Below are positions 1 to 15,166 of a stretch of 64,000 nucleotides of DNA, piece after piece. A model generated the notes under the pieces. The model did not search any database. It saw only the letters and a list, made by a program, of their open reading frames with translations, and had not been told where the DNA came from. Position 1 is the stretch's first letter. Each line of letters starts with the position of its first letter. This DNA comes from Eledone cirrhosa (lineage: Eukaryota). The DNA lies in assembly GCA_964016885.1 (NCBI GenBank), contig OZ024742.1:239816001-239880000 (forward strand). The letters run 5' to 3'. A program made the position numbers and the translations under genes.

Positions 1-274
1 TACACCACTTAGCCATACACCTTCAAATTATCTCAGTAGTAGACTAGAAAGCAAAAACGATCAACACACTTTGCTAAAATACTCACAATAAACTGACATT
101 GGCAATAGTATTGAAGTAGTTTTGAAGAGAACTTTTCAGAGAAATATTAATTATAAAATAGAAACATTTGCAGAAAAAATATTGGAATTCAGGGAGAATA
201 ACCAAGTTATATATGCATTAAGAGCAAACGAGGCAGTTGGTTCCTATTCAACATATGAGTAATATATATATAGA

Positions 275-319
<45 letters not shown>

Positions 320-957
320 TATATATATAAGCACCAACACCATACTTAGAATAAGGTATGCATTGCTGTGTATATATATATATAGGTTTGCCAACATAGT
401 TAAAACAATGAAATCTCCTGTGGGTGCATGTTCCAAGAAGAATTAATCGTGCTTACGTTAATATTACAAATGCAAATCAAAGAGATTCTTAACACTGTGC
501 ATGTATTTTTAACTGAACTGGAAACTAAGATATAAAAAAATAAAAATAAAAGAAGTGAAAATTACTTGTAGAATAAAAATACTATGAGAAAATTACCTCC
601 ATAAATACAACGAGAAACGATATTGTCTAAGTGAAGACTGACGCCTACTTTTATACTATTAACATGTCGGCAAAGCTTTAAAGAGGAAGGTCTCCAGAGT
701 AGTGGAAAGATGATTCAGGTTTAGCTAACATTTAACTATATCCATCTACCAGTAGCAGCATGAAAGGAAAGCAAATACACTACCAAAATTGCAAAGATTA
801 GCATCAGTTTGGTATTCCATTTATGAGAAACTATTGGCAAATCTAAACTGATTTTATTACTTCCAAGTCAGCTATTCAAAGGTGAACAAATATAGAAATT
901 AATGCTTTCGATACCAAACTGCCTGAAAGTGGCCCTAGTTCTACAAAACAAAACTGT

Positions 958-1198
958 CACTTAGGGTTAGAGAACTGAATTTGCAATTGTTAGGTTACGA
1001 GATTGATTCCCGGACCAGGCGATGCATTATGTCCATGAGCAAGACACTTTATTTAATGTCGCTCTTACTGCCAGAACTTGCGACAGTAGATAGTATCAGC
1101 TATGGAAAGACCAATGGAAACATTGTTTCCTTGGTCTGACTTGACGAGTTCCACCCCAATCGGTAAGTGAGTAAGATCTGAGATCTTGTTGATTGATT
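958..1198 (+). mobile_element. CORE-like SINE with (GATT)n tail; other copies at ~4730-4935(-), ~34470-34712(-), ~50586-50832(+)
   Basis: A/B boxes, GAGCAAGACACTTTATTT body, and shared tail ggaaacattgtttccttggtctga...gatcttgttgattgatt. Confidence 0.8.
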
Positions 1199-1494
1199 AA
1201 TATCTAAGAAAACCTTCCATCATATTTTCATGTAAGAACTTTTTTTAAATTATATTCCAAACATAAGATTTATAATGAGAAAGTTAGTTATTTTAGAATG
1301 ATTTGAAAATCTTTTTGCTGACATAGATTGAACGGGTTGTTTTGTTTCAAAACTAGACAGGTTAAGGAACCACATCTTGTTCACACATTCCATATTTGGG
1401 CATAGCATCTATGAAAGGGTTAATTGTAAGCTATATATTTTATTTATTTATTTATTTTCCAAATTAAACTTTTTCAATGAAGGCAGTCACTTAC

Positions 1495-1578
1495 CCTCTG
1501 TAACTCATTAGTTTGGTCAGTGAGACTCTGTTCAAGAGATAATAATTTCTCCTGGGCATTACCATGTTGCTGCTCAGC
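1495..1578 (-). CDS. PPFIA: Liprin-alpha coding exon (AEQQHGNAQEKLLSLEQSLTDQTNELQR)
   Basis: tttctag acceptor and gtaagt donor; 84 nt, phase 0/0. Matches the expected next segment AEERHGNIEERLRQxExQLEEKNQELQR. Confidence 0.92.
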
Positions 1579-1912
1579 CTAGAAATAATAAAGAAGACAA
1601 AGAAAGAAAATTTGAGATACATCAAAATACAATACACATCTCACATTTGTTTTTTATCACAAGGGTAAAAATATATCAATAAAAATTCCAATATGTTTTG
1701 TGTCTTTTAGCAAAGGAAAAAAAAGTGTCTTCTATAAAAAGGTCAAAATATCCGATATATTTTTAACTGTTCCTAATACAAAAAATATTGAAGCCAATCT
1801 AAGTTAGAAAATAGTGTTAAAACAAGAGTTAAGTGTTGTGTCTTTTAGAAAAAATTAAATGTTGTGTTATGCCCTGATATTATAGATGATATTGAAAGAA
1901 AAGATTACAGAT

Positions 1913-1952
<40 letters not shown>

Positions 1953-2000
1953 CTGTAAGCTACTTAATTTAAGGGACCAGGAACATAAATTTGATTAACT

Positions 2001-2219
2001 ATTAACATCCTGTAATGATTTAGTAGAAAATATTTAAAAACAGGTTTGTTAATTCAAATGTTCGTAATGTCTTTACTATTGAACAGATCATTGTGAAAAT
2101 TTGAAGTATTAAAGCAAATACTTCAATTTGTAATGTTATGCAGTCAAAGTGCTGTTTTGTACATTTTCAAGAATGTCTTGCTAATGCGATTTCATGTGGT
2201 ACAGGACATTAAGAGTTAA
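2001..2219. mobile_element. TTAA-flanked MITE family C; related copies near 14930-15200, 15670-15860, 18478-18650, 23545-23720, 42400-42630
   Basis: TTAACATCCTGTA...TACAGGA(T/C)(G/A)TTAAGAGTTAA inverted ends and a shared interior. Confidence 0.7.
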
Positions 2220-2799
2220 ATAATGATAAGACTGTGAACTACTTAATTCAAGGGATCAGAAAAATAGCTTTAATTAAATTAATTTAATAGCTTCAGGGAT
2301 TATTTATATATCATTAATTGAAAATAAATTAATTCCAAAAAATATATAAATAAATAATTTAAAAATAAAAAAACCCAAATTAGCAACAAATTTGCTGTTG
2401 AACAACAATTAAAAGAAGAAAAAAAAAACAGAAAAAGAAAACAAAACAACAGAGTTTGAAGGAAGATGTGTTTGGAAATTTTAAAATATCTAAATAGTGG
2501 GGGTGTGATTGTGTGTGACAAGAGATAGAGAGAAAGAGATAGATAGTCACAATATGAGGGAAAATGGTGAGATATATGTATGATAAAAGATAGCATGCTT
2601 GGTATAATATATAATATAATTGCAAGGTTTTAACAATTGTGAGGAGGAAGAAGAATGAGAAGACACAAATATGATTACAAAGTGGGGGGAAAAGAAAGAA
2701 ATTAAAAAATGGAAAGATTTATGAAGGATAGAGAGGAAGACATGCAGTAATAAGTAGGGGTGAGGTGAGTGAGAGAGATACTATGGAAAATTGAGGAAA

Positions 2800-2831
<32 letters not shown>

Positions 2832-2961
2832 GAAAAGTATGGTAATAAATGAGAGGTGGAGAGCTGGTGGAGAGAGAATATGGAAGAGGGAGGGAGTATG
2901 GTAATAAATGAGAGGTGGAGAGCTGGTGGAGAGAGAATATGGAAAATAGAGACAGAGAGAG

Positions 2962-3212
2962 AGAGAGTGACAGTGAGAGCAGAGAAAGAGAGTGACAGTG
3001 AGAGCAGAGAAAGAGAGTGACAGTGAGAGCAGAGAAAGAGAGTGACAGTGAGAGCAGAGAAAGAGAGTGACAGTGAGAGCAGAGAAAGAGAGTGACAGTG
3101 AGAGCAGAGAAAGAGAGTGACAGTGAGAGCAGAGAAAGAGAGTGACAGTGAAAGCGGAGAAAGAGAGAGGCAGTGAGAAAAGAGAGAGAGAGAGTGACAG
3201 TGAGAGCAGAGA
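2962..3212. repeat. 25-bp minisatellite (gtgacagtgagagcagagaaagaga)n
   Basis: Direct period-25 repetition, degenerating at the 3' end. Confidence 0.95.
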
Positions 3213-3427
3213 GAGATAGAGAAATAGTACAAATAAAAAAACTTATGTGGTGAGTGGAAGAAGTTGGGAGTAAAAGAGAGAACGAAAGAAGAAATGTGAA
3301 GATAAAAGGAGGTGGGTGAAGTAGTGAGACTGATAAGACAGAAGCATAGTTGAATAGACAGAGTAAAAGATCAGAGTAGGGTGGATGAGAGAATAATAGA
3401 TTATAGTGTGGAACAGGGAGAATGAAG

Positions 3428-4220
3428 CTTTGTGGTCTAGTGGTTTGGGCAATGAATTTGTAATCATAAGGGATGGGTTCAATTCCTGGAATTAAATTGG
3501 ACACATGATAATTTGGTCGTGAATTAAATTATTGGACTAGCTAATGCATTGTGTTCTTGAGCAAGATATTTCATTTCATGTGGTTGTTTATGATAGGGCT
3601 GGAGACCCTATCATTAAAGTACTCGAGAAATTTCCTATGAGGCTGCAAAAGGCCAGCTAAATGTACCTGCATAGATAATAACAGCATAATAGACTAGGGC
3701 CTCTATCATTAAAACACCTGAAAAACCTGATAGAGGCCAACTAACCTGGGCTGCAGGTTAATTGGTCTAAATTGGTGTGAGCTATAATAAGAACATACAT
3801 CTATGTATATGACAGAATTGGAGTGCTACCATTAAAATTCTTGAGAAACCTCCTATTACATTCAACTTCATATAACATCAGCTAAACCTGTATTGGTGTG
3901 AGTTATAACAACACGAAAGGTTGGAACCCATATCCTTAAAAGACCCATGAAACCTCTTGAGATGCAACCTCATAGGAGGTCAGCTAATGCTACATAGATA
4001 TGAGCCATAACAGCACACATGTATATGGATGATAAAACTGATTCCTGAATCATTAAAACACCTAAGACGCCTCCTATGAGATGCAACTTCATAAGAGGCC
4101 AATTAAATTTCCATAGATGTGAGTTGTGATGAAAACATATATGTATGTATGTATGTATGATAGAACAGGAGCTGGAGGTGAGGCCATTATTAAAACACCT
4201 TGTAGAGGCCAGCTAAACTG
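3428..4220 (+). mobile_element. CORE-like SINE followed by about six degenerate ~100-120 bp tail monomers
   Basis: tRNA-like head at ~3430, then recurring ctatcattaaaacacc..gaaacctcctatgagatgcaac..ggccagctaaac. Confidence 0.7.
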
Positions 4221-5159
4221 GGGGGGGGGGGCACAGTTAATTTATGTTTATTGTTTTCAATAAATAAGATTGGGGAGTGAGGAAGAAAGTAAGTGAGCAA
4301 TAAATCAGAGAAACAGGAACTTAGAAAGGGGTAGAGATACTAAAAAAGAGAGGGAATCTAAGAGATTGTGGAAGATGATGGGGGGTGGAGCAGAAGTTGG
4401 AAGATGAGTGTGGGGGGCGGCATTGAATTTGAAGCAGTGAAGATTGAGATAGAGGAAGTAAAGGTTGAAAGAGAAAGAAAGAAGATAGACAGAATGAGAG
4501 AGAAAGAAGGAAAAAGAGGGGGAGATAAGGAAAAAGAGGAAGAAGAGAGAGTAGGTGTGAGCAGATAGAAATAAAGATAGAGAAATAGAATAAGAAAACA
4601 CAGAAAAGAGGGAACCAGGGAGAGCCAGAGTAAGAAAAGTGGGGAGAGGCAGGATGAAGAAAAGACATTTAAGAAGTATAAGAAGTATGAAGCTGAGTAG
4701 ATGAGTTACCATAGTAACAAAGGAGTTGAGTATCAGCTCAGACCAAGTAAACAATATTTTAATTGGTCTTTCCATTGCTGATACTATCAGCCGAACACAA
4801 CTCCTGGCAGAAGGAGGAATGTGAAATAAAGTAGTTTGCACAAGAATACAATATGCAGCCCAGTACAGGAATTGAACCAGCAACCTTATGATTGTGAGTC
4901 CAATACCCTAACCATAAAGCCACGTGCTTTCACCACATTAAGTGTAACACAATATAAGAAGGAACCAGATAATTAAGAAATACAATTTATATATACACAT
5001 ACAAACACATACACACTTACATATGCATACATACTCATACATACATACATAATACACACACACACATATACATGTGTTGGATCTCTATTGGTTATGGCAG
5101 CCTGCTCGTGGAATTGATATGCAGGTGGCTGAGCATTCCACAGACACATGCATGCTTAA

Positions 5160-5369
5160 CCCATTAGCATTTAAACTGGCTGTAACCAGCCAGAATTCTT
5201 TCATCTCTTTCTGTTCAAACCAGCCATAACTGACCTCTCGTACTGATGTTAAGGTGTTGTTCTCAAAATAAATAACATCAAAATCTTTGTAGATTCGATA
5301 TTTATGTGAGGTAAAGCCTTTACCACAAAAATACAATAGTAAATATAGAGTAATGTAAATGTTAAAAGG
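5160..5369. mobile_element. piggyBac-like MITE family A; copies at 15861-16081, 31814-32033, ~35057-35252
   Basis: TTAA on both sides, with CCC(A/T)TTAGCATTTA...TAAATGCTAAAGGG-type TIRs. This copy interrupts a SINE exactly at a TTAA. Confidence 0.85.
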
Positions 5370-5897
5370 TTAAAGTAATTCTCAGGTAGATTCACTATGA
5401 CACAGCATGTGTGGCAAGGCTGACCCTTTGAATTACAGGTACAGTTCATATTTTTCCACATGAGTGGACTGGAGCAAGATAAAATATAGTGTCTTGCTAA
5501 TGACAACACACAAGCACTGGCCAAGGAAACAGGCTCATGACATCATGATCATGAGCTCAACACTCTAACCACTAATCCACATGCCTTCACATATATACAT
5601 ACAATCATACATTCTAAAAAAATAATCTGAAGTTTGTCTTGAGCTCAGAGGCTCATCAGACTGGTGCTTATCTCTGTTTTGCGTGATGTTAAAGCGACTG
5701 AGAATACAAGGCTTCCCCCTGGACAGGATGCCAGTCTCTTGCAGGGTTAAACTCCCAATTGCTGCTGGTATTCATTTCCTGCTAAGTATACTGAAGTAAT
5801 GTGAAATGAAGTGTTTTGCTCAAAAGCACAACAAACAACTCAGTTCAGGTATCGAATTCACAACATTATGATCCAACACCCTTACACACACACACCC

Positions 5898-5952
<55 letters not shown>

Positions 5953-8900
5953 ATATATGCTGACTTTAAAGAGATAATTAGCATTGTTACTGATTAATTA
6001 AAGAGAAAAAGAAGAAATAAATAAACCAAACAAGCCCTTTTTTTGTTGTTTAATTTAGTCAAACAATATTTTTAAAAAAATCTGAAGACTGTATATAAAT
6101 ATTCCTAATATCAAAATAGTTTTATATTTCTGTATTTATTAATTTACATCTTAATTTAGCACATTATTTGAATATACTGAGGTAACGATTTTAATGAAGT
6201 TGGATTTTATCTTTAAGTGTTTGTACAATTTTCACACACACACACACACACTGATTTGATAGAGTTGTTAGAGTAAGGATACATGTTCTGAGTTCAAATC
6301 CTGCCAAGATCCACTTTGTCTTTCATCCTTTTAAGATTAACAAATGTACCAGCCCAGGCTGATGCAGCCCTCTTTCCTTCCTGCTGTCACATCCTGGATA
6401 TTATGATGGATCAAAGGAGGGAGGATCAAGAGGTCTGTTCGTGACTGTATGGGTACCTAAAACCCTTAGGTCATATGTGATTATGAGTGGCAGTGTGCAT
6501 GTCTACATGTGTGTATGTGTACGTACAAAATCATCTTAGATCCACTTTTCCATGCTTGCATGGGTTGAACAGGTCTTTTCCAGCATAGCTTTCAAAGTAA
6601 AAAGTCAATTACCAAAAGCAACATTGTGGTTTGTGGCTTGCCATAGACAACATGCTTTGATAAAATATTCAAAGTTATGAGAAAAGCTTTGCGAATTAAA
6701 TCATATTAGCAATAAAAGAAGTTATGAAGGAGATAAGCAGAAATGTGAGAGTGTACATAAGTGAGACGCAGATCCTTGGTTTAGCTGGGAGGTCAGTAGG
6801 TCCGCTTCAGTATCCACTTGGTCTATCTAGACCCATCCAACACTTGCTAGCAGCGAAAGCCGATGTTAAACGATGATGATGTATGTATTTGATTTAGAAT
6901 AGGTACACTGTATCCCTGTGTTGTAAGAGGTGATTAAAAGGCTTGGCATGAAGGATATCCAGACATAAAATACCGCCTTGAGCTACACTCCAAGATGAGT
7001 GTAAAACCAGTCATGGAGACTGCAGGGATAACCTTTGCCTATGAAGAGAAAATAGCCTTGAAACACTCATTATTGTTATTGTATTTACAATGTAACATGT
7101 ACTTTAAATTGAGGTTTTGTGGGTCCAGTAGATATGTCAGACAAGTATATAGAGAATATTTTTAAAAGCTATGAAAGGGGTTGGTAAATATTTGGGCAGG
7201 ACTCACAGATTTAACAGAATGGTATGATATATATATATATATATATATGATATGATACTGATAGTTATTTTATGAACCCTATCCATGGCGAAACCTTGAT
7301 CATTCATAATCAATTCAGTGATCTACCAATGTCTTACTGTTCTGCCATTCATCTTTTTAGAAATGTTTATGTAATCATCATCATCATCTAATGTCAGTTC
7401 TCCGTGTAAGTGCTTAACTAGAGAAACTGACCTCTAAGACAAGCAGGGGAAATGACATCTTGCTTACATATATTCTTACGTTCCACAGAGTGTACAAGGT
7501 GCATTTTTCTTATTGCTTAGTCAGAAGGGAGGAAGGTATCCTCAAACTAGGAACTTGACCTGAATGCTTGCAAGAATAGACTCTCCTAAAAGTAGCCAAA
7601 ATGCCAGTTGGTGGTGTTGTGCCAGGTGATGGATTAAGTCTACTGTCCAAGTTGGCTACAGTGCAGTTTGAAATCAGAACATAAAGAACTGCAAGGCATC
7701 TCATCCAACATTAATAATTCTGCCAGTCCACCACCTTAATCATAGACCTCATGCCAAGGACAAGTTAGAGAATGATCGTCCGCAAGAAGTTGACAAATGC
7801 AAGGTAATTATGGGAGCAGGATGTACATCCTCCAATATAGTTGGAAAACAGCCAGTAATAATATTTTTTTAAAAATAAAAAATAAAAAAAAACCCTTTGG
7901 TCTTTAATGACCATGAGCTTTGAACCTAGAAAGCTCTCTGACGAGGCACCAGCTCGGGCAAGGTATTGTTGTGAAAAACCAGCAGTCGGCCATGCATACC
8001 TGTCTCCGCTCTCAACACCACTGATGTTGTCCAGGAGAAAGGCAAAGGCTGATTACAGCTTGGCACAAGTGACATCTCAACTCATTTCTACAGCTGAGTG
8101 AACAGGAGTACCGTGAAATAAAGTATCTTGCTCAAGAAGACAACACACCTCCCAGTTTGGGTATCAAACTCACGATAGTGAATCCAACTCTCTTACACCT
8201 AAACCACGTGCCATCACAGTAATAATGGCTTCTAATTTAGGCACAGGACCAATTATTTGGCAGAGTGGTCGTGGAATTAGTCAATTACATGGATCCCAGT
8301 GCAGAACTAATGCTTTATTTTGCCAACTCCAGAAGGGTGAAAGGCAAAAGTAACCTCAGCAGGATTTGAACTCAGAAAACAAAGAGCCGTAACTAAATAC
8401 CATAAAGTATTCGATGCCCTAATGCTTCTACCAATCCTCCCCAATGAAACCAAAAATAACAACATATTGAATGCAAATTATATAGGCTGAGTTTGGATTA
8501 GCTTGAATATATTTCAGAAGTGACAATGCTGTTTACAGTAAAGAACAGCTGAAGTGGTTTGGCTGCACATATTGAATAACAATATGCCTCTAACCCTTTT
8601 GATACCAGCAAAAGCCACCTCTAGTTCTATAAAACAAAACCACCCATTTTAAAAGGTTCCTATTTAAATTAAAATCTTCCAACATAATTAATTTTCTATG
8701 TTAAGTTTCAATCTTAGAAATGAAATAATTAATAATTTTAGTAAATCCCCTAAAATTCTTCATTAACTAATTGAAATAGTGTATTTCATCAGAAATACAG
8801 TCCCGAAAGGGTTAAATTAACACCTTCCAACATTATTTTATATAATAACTATGTTATATCTTCAAAACAGAATAATATTTTTAGAGAATCCCTTGGAATT

Positions 8901-9437
8901 CTTCAATAATTAATTGAAATACAGTCCCACTCATAAGGAATATGCTAACAAAATAATGAAACACCCAAAAAGGGTGTTTTAGTCTGCTAATTGCTTGGTT
9001 AGAGTTTGTCAATTTACTATATTATATATGAAAGACCCTACTGTACTAAATAACAATGAGCACAACTAGATAAGCAAGAACCGTGAAACTGTCATTTGTT
9101 GGTGTGAATGTAAACCAAGGTTGACGAAAACAATAAACAAACAACATTAGTTATTAAAGGAACATAACAACCAATCAATTTAACGAGGAAAAAAAATGGT
9201 GTTAAATAATTAATGATAATGCCTGTGTTAAAATATAATGCTTCATCTGAATATATTAATAGATATATAATTCAGTTGGCTTTAGTTTTTAGTTGGAAAT
9301 TTATATCCATGCTATTGGATCTCAACTCCCAATGGAGACGTAAGAACAGTGTTTTGACATACAGCATGTCTTGGGCATTTAAATCTGGTGGAGCCCATCC
9401 CTCTCTAGGTCAGAACACAGCCAATTTCTTCTGTGTG

Positions 9438-9820
<383 letters not shown>

Positions 9821-10162
9821 ATGTGTGCACATGTAAATGTGTGTGCATGTGTAAAAAACAATATAAAAGATAATACACAGCTTAAAAGTAGAAATCTAAA
9901 CATTCAATAGACAACATTAGAAAAGATATGAGGAACTCTAGCAGGTTCCATGCACTAAAATGGAGCAGTGATGACTACTAGTGGTGATTGTGCCCTCACA
10001 CACACTGATTGTGCCCTTACATTGACTGATTATTGCAAAAAGGTGGACCTTGGAAAAATGGAATAACATGATAATTGAAACCCTCCCCAGATTATTAAAT
10101 CATTAAACTTTGAGATGAATTGGATTTTTAAAAAAAAGGAAAATGTTTTTGGAGGTCAAAAC

Positions 10163-10217
<55 letters not shown>

Positions 10218-10347
10218 CAATAATAATAACAATAAATAAATGGAATCCCCCCCTCCCAAATATTGTCTATAAAAAGATTAGTTATAAACTATCTTCATTA
10301 CAATATATTTATATGGGGAATTTGAAAATAATATCACCACATTGCAG

Positions 10348-10390
<43 letters not shown>

Positions 10391-12308
10391 TAATAATAAT
10401 AAAAGAATAGTTGAATAAATCAGGTAAAGTACTCCCGGAGATGGTAAAAAGTGAACAGAGATGCTTGAGGTGTCTCCAGAGGTACTTTACCTGATTCATT
10501 TAACAATTATCATTAATAATATCTGCATTGTCCGTCTACGTTTTTCCATATCCAGGTGTTCTCGAGCCAATTTAGTCAACTTTCATTATCATTATTATAG
10601 TTATCTGCATTGTGGTGATTATATTTTCAAATATTTATATCTCTGTTGCACAGATACTGAGATAATATTTATTGTTCCCCAACAAATTCAACTTAGTTCT
10701 TAGACACTAAGAAACATTCTTTTAAGACAATTATCTCATCACAGCTTTTGTTTTTAACGCTAATGAATTATGTGATTGAAGTTTTGTTGTCTTCTTTAAA
10801 AAAAATCTAATATATTGCTAAGGCTGAAAAACAAACAATACTAACTAATAAACAAAAAAAATATTCTTTGAAGATGAAAAAACCTTAATTTGATCAAATG
10901 CATTTACATTTATATATATATGTGTGTGTGTTGTATTTTGTGTGCATTGTAGAATGCATACATTTACACAACCACCCCCCAATGTGTGTCTACACAAATA
11001 TTGAAGATACTTCTAATTGCTTCATCTCAATGGAACATCACATAGTTGGAGAGAAGATGAAAAAAATTGTTTTCCTGTTATGTATGAACTAAGATTCTTC
11101 TTCTTCGATGTGGAAATCATATTTTGTTTATTATGCTAATTTCTATTTTTCCAATTGTTTTGTCAATTGCACATTGTTCAAAACAGATGCACACCTTGTT
11201 GGGAGTCAGTGAAAGATGGTGTAAAAAACACAAACAGGCTCAGCAGAAGTGGGATACTCACCTGAGATCCTCTAGCATTCTAGTGATAAGAAAAAATACT
11301 TGTTAACCTTGGCTAATATTTAGTTGCACTAAATTAACTCATATACCAGTCAAGGTTTTTAGGCACATAAATATAGGTTGGTTTTGGAGTGGACAATTGT
11401 TGGATATATATTGGACAATTGATATAATTGCCAATGTCTCCTATCTTGTTATCAGTCAACCAATGAAATAAAGCTCATTAAATATTTTGATGAAGAATAT
11501 TAACTGTAACATGTTAATCCTTTCCTTGTGTAATAGAACTGTATTGCTATTCTAAACAGAGAATTCATAATGAAAACCAAATAGCTAGAAGGCACTAACT
11601 GAAAGAGCCAAAGAAATAAACTGCAGCACTTAAAATTACAAATTGTAGTGGGAGTTGTTTCTACGTTCCATTATATTCAGTAGAGTGATTTATTATTCTA
11701 GTGGTAGAGCACAACATGCAGCTAATGCCATCATTATATTTTGGTCCACAGAACTTCACTTCCACCTATCAATAGGAAATATGAATAAAAGCAGGTCATG
11801 TTGGTGTACCTTATGGAGAAGTCTAACATTGGTAAGAAAATAGAAATTATACAGAAAATAGTCCAATGTCTATTCTTATTAATTTACTAACATATTTGCT
11901 CTTTCTAACTGAGCAAAGGAAAAATATTTTCTGACTGCCACTCTTTCAATTAATTTAGCAAAGAGTCACCTGAGACTCAAAGGAACAGGAACTTGGTTTA
12001 TTTTTGAATTATTCATATAACTACAGATATATTGAAATAATGTCCCACTGCCACTATAAAGTTCATCCATTGTTTGTTTTAAAAAAAATCAGATTATTTG
12101 AATCATGCTAACTAAAAAAGAAAGCTATAGCAATTAAATAGAGCAGGGAAACTAAATTAACTGTAACTATTTGAGTTTCAGGTTTAATTGTTTTGTGAAA
12201 ACTTTCTGTCAAGAACTTGCTATATGAAATTTTAAACTAGATAGGTTTAAGGTTAAATAAAAATTAATATTTTACACTTGATTGTAGTTAATAATTAGCA
12301 TTGGAAAA

Positions 12309-12560
12309 TTTAAGCCTTTTGATATCAAGCTGCCAGAAACTGCCACTGGTCTAAAGATAAAAAGTTGTGTTTTAACATCTTTATATTTATCTTTCTATCA
12401 TAATTTTATGTAAGAACTTTTAAGTTATGTGCTAAACACCAGTTTAAATAATGAGAAAGTTAGTTGGTTATACTGTTAAATCTCATGATTATTTAAAAAA
12501 AAATTAGTTGAAAATCATAGGCAGTATCTTTCATTAGAAATATAGTCATGAAAGGGTTAA
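12309..12560. mobile_element. AT-rich piggyBac-like MITE family B; further copies near 8590, 13000, 18653, 21403, 22884, 23067, 23983, 25461, 30817, 35250, 48486, 49902
   Basis: Recurring TTAACCCTTT(T)GATACC... start and ...TTTCATTAGAAATATGGTAAxGAAAGGGTTAA end. Confidence 0.75.
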
Positions 12561-13784
12561 TGAATATGGTTTTGATGAAGCTATATACAAGTTACATATA
12601 TGAAAATATTAAAAATATAGGCAAAGAAAATTATCTAAAGCAATATTAATAGATAATCTTTTTCTCTATTCCAATATTCATTTGTAAACGATATCAATTA
12701 ATTACTTTGTAGCCTAGAAAGAGTTCATTATTTTCTATAAACAGTATTCTTTTTAATTATTTCTTTGCTTTGTCTTTTGATGATGACTGCATTAATTTCA
12801 TCAAATATATTATAATCTATTTCTGTATGCAATTATACTTTTTGTTCTTGAAATTACAATATAAAATGATGATAATTGATATTTATTTTTACTTAGATTT
12901 AATGATTATTTACATTATACTTAATTTAACGAAATATATCTCATCTTTCTTAGAGAGGATAAATACCACCACCATCCCTCGTTATTTTAATATTTTTATA
13001 CCAACTCAGCCAAACCTGCTTTGCTTCTATGAAACAAACCCACTCATTTCAAAGGGTTTCTGTTTAAATTAAAATATTCCAGCATAAGTTTATATAAGAA
13101 GCATATGTTAAGTTACTTGCTAGTAATGGAAGTAAATAATTTTAGTAAAGCAATTTATTTTAAAGTGTTTATTTATATTTATCTAAAAGCCTTCTATCAT
13201 AACTTTATAATGTAAGAAGTTTTCTTAAGTCATATTCCAAAATTCAGCTTAATAAGCAAGTTGTATTACTAAATCCCTCCAAATTGTTGATTATTTTCAA
13301 AAGTACTGGAATATCATAAGCAAAACCTTCCATTAGAAATATTGTAATAAAAAGGTTAACATTCTAAAATTATTCACAACAATTGGAATTAGTGGCAATT
13401 GTCAATGTAAGATGAGGAATACAATCAGAGATTTTCAAATTATATTCGACAGTGACTCCATGTTGAATTTTATAGTTTTATATCATAGAACTTCTATATA
13501 GATTTAGCTTTTAATATCTAATTATAAGCATAAATTTAAAATCATTTAAAAATTAAACAGAAAAAATATGTATTAACCTTGTTATGATTTTATACCCTTT
13601 AGTTAATGAAATTAGTTTATAAGCTAATTAGAAAGCAATCAAATATTTTAAAAAATGAGAAAGCACAATAGAAAATAATCAAAAAAATATGTTGGAATGG
13701 TTATAAAATTAAAGATATGAGAGAGAAAACCTTAATGGAAATGATGTCAGAAGGAAAGAGGGAGGGAAAATATCCTATCTTTAC

Positions 13785-13919
13785 CTGACTAAGAGCTTCC
13801 ATTCGCTGCGCTAATTCAGCTTCTACAGTTGGTAGAGCTTCTGCCTTACGTAATGATTGCTGTAACTTCTGTTCTGACAACTCGAATTTTTCTTGAATAA
13901 CTCTTATTTTTTCTTCACT
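13785..13919 (-). CDS. PPFIA: Liprin-alpha coding exon ([45 protein letters not shown])
   Basis: tttctttcag acceptor and gtaaag donor; 135 nt, phase 0/0. Carries the conserved [24 protein letters not shown] motif. Confidence 0.96.
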
Positions 13920-14289
13920 CTGAAAGAAAGAAATCAAAAAGTGCCAAAATAAAATTATATATTAAAAATCAGTAATGAAATGATAAATAATTTTAGTAAA
14001 TCCATCAAAATTTTTCATTAATTAATTGAAATACGGTATGTTTCAATAGAAGTATAGTCATGAAATTAGAAGTAAGAATAATTTTTGAAAGAATTATAGA
14101 GATAAGGAATTACAGACAAGAAATACAATAAATCTGATTGACTTTTATCTATTTCTTTTAAGTTATAGTGTTTTATATAAGGTACATTTATATATTTTCA
14201 ACTAACACCTGATATTGGTTTAGCAGAACATATCTAAAAATAGGTTTTATTAATTTAAATATTTGTAGCAATTTTACTAGTAGACAGAT

Positions 14290-14322
<33 letters not shown>

Positions 14323-15053
14323 TTAACATCCACTTTCCCTGCTAGCAATGGTTGGATGGATCTACATAGACCAAGTCATTACTGAAGTGGGACTACTGAC
14401 CTTCCAGGCTGGCTGAGGGGTCTGCATCCTGTTTACGTATGGTCATACGTTCTAGTGAGTACAAAGGAGAAGTTGTCATGTCTTTTGGCGCAAACCGAAG
14501 GGTCTTCCCAACCCCTTGTTTAACAAGCTTTCTACAGCTGGATGCCCTTCCTAACACCAACCACTTTACAGCATGTACTGGGTGGTTTTATTGTGTAGAT
14601 CACCAGCAATAGGGAGGTTGTCATGTCCTTGACACAACTGAAGGGTCCTCCCAACCCTTGAAGGTTGTTCGTAAGGAAACTAGACAGAAGCAATATGACA
14701 AAGTGGGTAACAGAGGAGAGATTGATGATGGGAGAAAAAATCTGGTAGTTTAGAGTCTCTTGCACCAGTGGTCTCTTGCATTTGTATTAACTGCAGATGT
14801 TGCAAAACAATATTTTTGCAGAGTGTACTAGGTGTATTTCATCATGGCACCAGCACTAAGGAAGTTGCCATATCACTGGCAGACTAAAGAGTCTTCACTG
14901 TCCTATAAAACAACACTATGACTGCATCACATAAAAAAATTAAAGCCTTTGCTCTAATACTGCAAATTTTCACAACAATCTGTTCATTAGTAAAGATACT
15001 ATTAACATTTGAATTAATAAACCTAGTTTTTAGATATTATTTGCTAAATCATT

Positions 15054-15166
15054 CTGAGTTCAAATCCCGCCAAGGTTAACTTTGCCTTTCATCCTTACGG
15101 GGTCGATAAAATAAAGTACCAGTAATACACTGGGTATTTGCTGGCCTTGTGCCAAAAGTAGAAATA
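15054..15166 (+). mobile_element. 5'-truncated SINE of the same family, inserted in a MITE
   Basis: Perfect 18-bp TSD attatttgctaaatcatt at 15036-15053 and 15167-15184. Confidence 0.9.

Noticed and set aside
1-690. Possible Penelope/GIY-YIG remnant
   Set aside because: No convincing motif or open frame.
2702-4883. Ser/Leu/Phe-rich minus-strand ORFs up to 261 aa
   Set aside because: Products of the 25-bp minisatellite and purine-rich low-complexity DNA.
6910-6975. ccctgtgttgtaagaggtgattaaaagg motif (similar at ~26121), reminiscent of RTE 5'-leader structures
   Set aside because: Too degenerate to assign a structure or function.
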